Assembly: GCA_963681965.1 (NCBI GenBank)
Contig: OY820579.1
Coordinates: forward strand, 1,280,001 to 1,344,000
Source of the DNA: a bacterium
Lineage (GTDB): Bacteria > Electryoneota > JAOADG01
Direction: 5' to 3'
Length of the DNA stretch: 64,000 nucleotides
Part shown: positions 59,181-64,000 of the stretch, piece after piece
Numbering within the stretch: the stretch's first letter is position 1
How the letters are laid out: each line of letters begins with the position of its first letter
Position numbers and translations under genes: made by a program
Notes under the pieces: model-generated
The model's database searches: none
What the model was told of the DNA's origin: nothing
What the model saw: the letters and a program-made list of their open reading frames with translations, nothing else

Positions 59181-60221
59181 ATGGACATGGAACAAATCAT
59201 TCTCGGAAATCCCGTCGAGCATTGGTTGACGACATTTGGCGCAACCATCGTTTTTTGGCTCGCACTCCAATTCATCAAATATATCACCGTTAAAAAAGTC
59301 GGTAAGCTCGCTGAAAAAACCGAAACAAAACTTGATGATCTTGCCATTACACTGCTCGATAAAACAAGATTTTATTTTCTGATTTTCGTAGCCTTCTATT
59401 ATTCGTCGAAATTGCTGGTCATCCCACCGCGTTTCCTTCTCTTCTGGCAACACTCGATCATTGTTGCAATTGCCCTTCAAGTGGTGGTTTGGGGCAACGC
59501 GACGATCGAATTTGTGTTCGGAAAAGATAGCAAAATCATCAGTAAAGAAGCGACCAATTCCGCTAGTTACGGAGTATTGGGGTTTGTTTCCCGATTGGTA
59601 ATGTGGAGCACGGTACTACTGATCACCTTGAGTAATCTTGGGGTGAATATCACTGCGATCGTAACCGGTCTTGGTGTCGGCGGTATTGCTGTTGCCTTGG
59701 CGGCGCAAAAAATTCTCGGTGATATTTTTAGCTCATTCATCATCGTACTCGACAAACCGTTCGAAATCGGCGACTTTATCGTAATTGGCGAATTTCAAGG
59801 CACTGTCGAGAAAGTGGGAATCAAAACCACGCGTTTCCGAAGCCTCACCGGCGAACAAATTATCATGCCCAATTCGGTTGTAATCGATTCGAAGCTACGC
59901 AACTTTAAACGAATGGAAGAGCGCCGTGTATCGTTCAAGATCAACGTCGAGTATGGTACACCGAGCGATAAATTGGAACAGATTCCCAAACTAGTCGAGG
60001 AAATACTTGCTTCGACACAACAAACCCGTTTTGTCTTTTCCGCTTTTCGCGAATTTACCGACTTCTCACTGATTTTCGAGACAGTATATTTCGTGGAGAG
60101 TTCAGACTATAATCTTTACTTGAATGTCCAAGAAAAAATCAACCTGGCGATCTACAAGAAATTTGCCGATTTGGGTATTCGCTTTGCCGTGCCAGTACGA
60201 AGAATGTTGACAGATAATTGA
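59181..60221 (+). CDS. Small-conductance mechanosensitive channel (MscS family)
   Basis: GLGVGGIAVALAAQ, DKPFEIGDFI, GTVEKVGIKTT, MPNS. Confidence 0.95.
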   Translation: MDMEQIILGNPVEHWLTTFGATIVFWLALQFIKYITVKKVGKLAEKTETKLDDLAITLLDKTRFYFLIFVAFYYSSKLLVIPPRFLLFWQHSIIVAIALQVVVWGNATIEFVFGKDSKIISKEATNSASYGVLGFVSRLVMWSTVLLITLSNLGVNITAIVTGLGVGGIAVALAAQKILGDIFSSFIIVLDKPFEIGDFIVIGEFQGTVEKVGIKTTRFRSLTGEQIIMPNSVVIDSKLRNFKRMEERRVSFKINVEYGTPSDKLEQIPKLVEEILASTQQTRFVFSAFREFTDFSLIFETVYFVESSDYNLYLNVQEKINLAIYKKFADLGIRFAVPVRRMLTDN

Positions 60222-60249
60222 GTAGATGAAAATAATTTTCTAATAAAAT

Positions 60250-60274
60250 AGCGGTCGCAAGACCGCTTTTTTTT
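60250..60274 (+). terminator. Intrinsic terminator
   Basis: AGCGGTC-GCAA-GACCGCT followed by a T run. Confidence 0.8.
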
Positions 60275-61328
60275 ATTGTCGATTGCTCAGAAATTGAAGT
60301 CCCCACCTTGCGTAATCTGCGACCATCTCCGAAGTATCAGTCGAAAGCAATTTGAGGGCTTCGCGCGCTTCGGACGATCCCCAATTTGTCAAAGCGATTG
60401 CGACATTACGCAGAATGATTTCGAAACCTGCCAATTCAACGGGTGTATCACGAAATCGGTCATGGAAATCTGTCGGAGACATCTCTACCAGATCCAATAG
60501 TAGAGGTGAATATCGATCGTCAGTCTCAAAATTCTCATTTGCTGCTTGGACCGCACTGTTGAATGGACAGCACAGTTGACATTCGTCGCATTTAAAAATC
60601 CAGTTTTTCATGAGCGGACGCAATTTGACTGGAATCGACTCTTTATCCAATGTCGAAAGGTAGCTGATACACTTGCGGGCATCCAGAACATGAGGCGACG
60701 GAAATGCTTGAGTAGGGCATCGGTCAAGGCATAAATGACATGCTCCGCATCGATTTTCGGAGTTAGGATCGGAGATCGAGGTGGAAGCGAGATTGGCAGT
60801 CGTAATAATTTCGCCAAGCAAAAAATAGGATCCTTGACCCGGAACGATCAAGCAATTGTTCTTGCCGAAAAATCCGATTCCGGCTTGTACTGCGATCGCG
60901 CGCTCTAAAATTGAACCGGTATCGACGTAAGCTTTAGACTTCGTTCCGAAATTTTGATCCATGATCCGGGACAATTCTTTCAATCTAGGCAACATTGTGT
61001 CGTGATAATCTCGACGATGCGCGTACAGCGCGATTTGTCCGCGCGTCGGATCGGAACGATAGTGCGGTGGCGGGATTGGGATCGAATAACTCATCGCGAC
61101 GGATATGAACGATTGAGCGCCCGGAAGAATGGTTCGCGGATTGAATCGTCGATTTCTACCGCGTTGTAGATAATGCATCGATCCATAATAATTATTTGCT
61201 AGCCACTGATCGTAATAACCAATTGTCGCCGGTGGCGACTGAATGGGTGTGAATCCAATCCCATCGAATCCGAGTAGTTGAGCGGTTGATTGTAACCACT
61301 CGGTAATCGAAGTATTATTCGGTGTCAT
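60273..61328 (-). CDS. queG: Epoxyqueuosine reductase
   Basis: GSMHYL, RDYH, YVDTG..LER, GKNN, CGACHLCLDRCPT, RKCISYL, CDECQLCCPFN, HEAT-like tail. Confidence 0.9.
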   Translation of the reverse strand: MTPNNTSITEWLQSTAQLLGFDGIGFTPIQSPPATIGYYDQWLANNYYGSMHYLQRGRNRRFNPRTILPGAQSFISVAMSYSIPIPPPHYRSDPTRGQIALYAHRRDYHDTMLPRLKELSRIMDQNFGTKSKAYVDTGSILERAIAVQAGIGFFGKNNCLIVPGQGSYFLLGEIITTANLASTSISDPNSENRCGACHLCLDRCPTQAFPSPHVLDARKCISYLSTLDKESIPVKLRPLMKNWIFKCDECQLCCPFNSAVQAANENFETDDRYSPLLLDLVEMSPTDFHDRFRDTPVELAGFEIILRNVAIALTNWGSSEAREALKLLSTDTSEMVADYARWGLQFLSNRQ

Positions 61329-62568
61329 TGGGCATCTGAGGTGTTGGTTGAGGCTGGGGTGGATATTGAATTCGATTGAAATGAAGCGCTTGAAGCGCTA
61401 GATCCAACGCGTCTTGGATCACTTTACTCGATTCCTGGTTGCCTTGCTCGCGCGTCTCTTGCAGTCGAGTCAGCATGGTTCGTACAAACTTCGCTTCGGT
61501 AGTTTTACCTTCGGAAAGTGATACCATGTCCCAAGGAGATTCCGTTTCGTCAATCCATTCACAGAACGCACAGATATCGGAAAGTGTTGTTTGAGGTGGT
61601 TTCCGAAGCTCACCGAAAGCACGTCCAGTTACGGTAATGCGGACGATATCGGTTCGAGTACATCCTAATGCGTTTAATTGCTGTAATACTTCGGTAAGCA
61701 ATTCGGATTCAGTTGCTTTAATCGGAATAGAAACTGAGAAGATACGTGTTGGATCTAATCGGATCCGGCACCAATTGTCAGGTGTAACGCCACCGGATTC
61801 GATATCTAGTAGTAAGATGCCCGTTTCGCCCAGATCGGAGCGGCGAAGTACTCCTAATGATCCGGAATAAGCCGCTTTCATCTTTCCGGATTTACTCCAA
61901 TACTCTTTACCGCGGTGATAGTGTCCAAGTGCGACATAATCGTAATTCGATTGCTCGATCTCACTTTCTGTGATCGGTGCCGTTCTGGTTTGACCCGATG
62001 GAACATCGCCCAAACTGCCATGAATGCAAATCAACTCGATCGGTTTTATGCCGCGTTTAGGTAAATCGGAAAATGGTGAGATCGATTGTACTGCATGAGA
62101 AATGAAAGATTTCGAACAGACACTGAATCGATCAAACTCAAGTCGTTGCCACTGATCGCCAGCTAAGACAATCGGTAATGATTGATCGATTTTCGCACTC
62201 CGAATCGAAAGGCGACGATTGTACTGCGAGAGTGCATCAAGAGGATCATGATTGCCGGCAGCAATAATTACCGGAATGGGAGCAAACATGGCGATTGCCG
62301 ACATCGTTCGCTCGACTTCTTCGATTTCGACGTCTCGATTCTGAAACAAGTCGCCTGGTAGTAGTACTACATCGACATGACAGCGATGTGCGATCTCAGG
62401 AAGTTGTTCGACATATTCCAACATCCGACTTCGACGCAGCAATTTTTTCCCTTGTCCAATTGAAAAATCGCCACCAATATGCCAATCGGACGATTGCAGC
62501 ACGCGAACACATCCGTCTTGGGGTTGGGTACGAAATTTTTCGGGAATTGTGTCGATAATATCAGTCAT
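61315..62568 (-). CDS. SbcD/Mre11/YhaO-like DNA repair nuclease
   Basis: SDWHIG, GDLF, GNHD, HGS, LGHYH, YSGS; ATGA overlap with the upstream ATPase gene. Confidence 0.88.
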   Translation of the reverse strand: MTDIIDTIPEKFRTQPQDGCVRVLQSSDWHIGGDFSIGQGKKLLRRSRMLEYVEQLPEIAHRCHVDVVLLPGDLFQNRDVEIEEVERTMSAIAMFAPIPVIIAAGNHDPLDALSQYNRRLSIRSAKIDQSLPIVLAGDQWQRLEFDRFSVCSKSFISHAVQSISPFSDLPKRGIKPIELICIHGSLGDVPSGQTRTAPITESEIEQSNYDYVALGHYHRGKEYWSKSGKMKAAYSGSLGVLRRSDLGETGILLLDIESGGVTPDNWCRIRLDPTRIFSVSIPIKATESELLTEVLQQLNALGCTRTDIVRITVTGRAFGELRKPPQTTLSDICAFCEWIDETESPWDMVSLSEGKTTEAKFVRTMLTRLQETREQGNQESSKVIQDALDLALQALHFNRIQYPPQPQPTPQMPNDTE

Positions 62569-63998
62569 GACGGTCGCTTGCTGCTTTCCTTTTGTTCCAA
62601 TTGTAACGGTAACCACGCGATTTTGACGTTTTTATCATCAACCCATTTACGATGTCGAAGTTCGTGACAAGTTAGAATGATGATCTGTCGTTTGGTCGAC
62701 TCTGCTAGTAATAAATCCATTCCGGAATAAAATCGAACGTCGTCGGAGCTAGCAAAAGGTTCATCGCAGATAATCGGTAACGTCGAAGTCCCGCTAAGAA
62801 AATCAATCAATGCCAATCGTAGCGAAAGATAAATTTGATCGCGAGCACCCACTGATAGTGCCAATAATTCCTCTTCATTCAGCAATCGCCCATCAAGTAG
62901 TTGTGCTTTGACACTTAAATCAGTCCCAAAATGAATCGATTTTACCGAACCCTGAAATTGATCGATATAGCGATCGGCAATATTATTGAGCTGTTTCGAC
63001 CACTCGCGATGCGTCTCTTCCGAAAGTGATCGAAGTACATCGATCGCCAATCTGGTTGCGGTTTCGTAATGACGTGTCTGGTCTAAAGCATTATCAAGTT
63101 CATGTAACTTACTTTGAAGCGTACCAATTTGACTCCAGCGACGTTGAAAATCAATCAGTAATTGATTTAAATCGGAGCGTTCAGCCTCAAGTTCGCGATG
63201 CTCATTTTCGATTTTGATAAGGGTCGATCCGGGGTTGTCGAGATCGAATTCGGGAAATCCAATATTCTCGGACGATCGGTCCATCGATTGTTCGAGAGCA
63301 TGTAGTCGCTGTTTCAGATGAGCAAGTTTCATCGGTTCGATCAACTGTTCCGATAATTTAGTGTACTCGGCTTTTAACGTATTCCATTCGAGTTTATGTC
63401 GACAAGCCGCAGCATACCAATCGCGTTGCTGATCCAATGGTAACGATGAATTCGCGCCAGCTTTCAGTAGTTGATTGGACAGTTCCTTTTCAATTTCCAC
63501 AACCCGATGCTGACGATCTTCATATTCAGCTTCTTTGGCGATTCGTTGTCGACGAATCCGGTTCAACTCATCCTGTTCTATCAAACATTTATCGATGTAG
63601 CGAAGGGATTCGTCGATCACATTAATCGACAGATCGGTAGGATCGATCGATTTACCAAGTTCGCGAAGATTTCGCGAAATATCGGATAGTGCGAGTTGCT
63701 GTCGATCAGAAATTTCTTGCTCACGTTGACGAAGATTAATCCATTCCAGAAAAGTACTTTTCGCTCCGTTGCGTTTCTGTAGTGCAATCACTAACTCTTT
63801 ATTACCGACAACGCCAACTTGTTTACCTAACGTTTCCAACTTCATATTGAAATTGCGGTAGTCTGTTTCGAGTTCGGAGAGGTTCCGATCATTTTCATCG
63901 ATTCTTACTTGCATGTCCTCAATCGTCACGCGATTGCGTGTAGAAGTACTCAGTCGAGACCGATAGTTGACGATCGAGAATGCAAATCCTGCAACTGC
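62565..63998 (-). CDS. SbcC/Rad50/YhaN-like coiled-coil ATPase, C-terminal part (continues past the window edge)
   Basis: Coiled coil; signature LSVGARDQIYLSLRLA; Walker B IICDEPF; LTCH. Frame stays open to the right edge. Confidence 0.88.
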   Translation of the reverse strand, partial: AVAGFAFSIVNYRSRLSTSTRNRVTIEDMQVRIDENDRNLSELETDYRNFNMKLETLGKQVGVVGNKELVIALQKRNGAKSTFLEWINLRQREQEISDRQQLALSDISRNLRELGKSIDPTDLSINVIDESLRYIDKCLIEQDELNRIRRQRIAKEAEYEDRQHRVVEIEKELSNQLLKAGANSSLPLDQQRDWYAAACRHKLEWNTLKAEYTKLSEQLIEPMKLAHLKQRLHALEQSMDRSSENIGFPEFDLDNPGSTLIKIENEHRELEAERSDLNQLLIDFQRRWSQIGTLQSKLHELDNALDQTRHYETATRLAIDVLRSLSEETHREWSKQLNNIADRYIDQFQGSVKSIHFGTDLSVKAQLLDGRLLNEEELLALSVGARDQIYLSLRLALIDFLSGTSTLPIICDEPFASSDDVRFYSGMDLLLAESTKRQIIILTCHELRHRKWVDDKNVKIAWLPLQLEQKESSKRPS

Positions 63999-64000
63999 TA

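Noticed and set aside
60273-61328. QueG substitutions (WIFKCD, CISYLST) suggesting inactivation
   Set aside because: The Fe-S cysteines and the DYH, VDTG and ER motifs are retained; treated as ordinary divergence.
61315-63998. Nuclease + SMC-like ATPase as a Wadjet/Lamassu-type defence system
   Set aside because: The motifs, the hydrophobic segment at the window edge and linkage to queG fit a housekeeping SbcCD/YhaON pair; no defence partners are visible.

Overview
Bacterial chromosomal window, probably from an FCB-superphylum organism (inferred from a T9SS/Por-type C-terminal sorting domain and Bacteroidota-like secreted proteins). 1-6.1 kb is an AT-rich accessory region downstream of tRNA-fMet, which has a degenerate duplicate of its 3' end next to it. 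This region holds a gene hit by both an IS5-family element (11-bp IRs, 5-bp TSD) and an IS3-family element, an ankyrin protein, an RRE-radical SAM-SPASM enzyme followed by a Cys-rich peptide (candidate RiPP system), small zinc-finger ORFs and a short structured transcription unit. The rest looks mostly like core genome: guaA/uppP/GH2-like/guaB, prfA-prmC-rnr, an adenylate cyclase, ahcY with a long structured leader, an orphan DNA methyltransferase, a wzy/GT4/ATP-grasp locus, MacAB-like genes, a Yej/Opp-type ABC importer, secreted repeat proteins, mscS, queG and an SbcCD/YhaON-like pair. A 10-gene cluster at 24.2-34.3 kb (GmhA, HldE-like, GT2, acyltransferase, MaoC, CitE, SDR, DegT, flippase-like, GT-C) looks like an Arn-style lipid-linked pathway for an N-acylated amino-heptose. 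All calls come from reading motifs by eye; no database searches were run.
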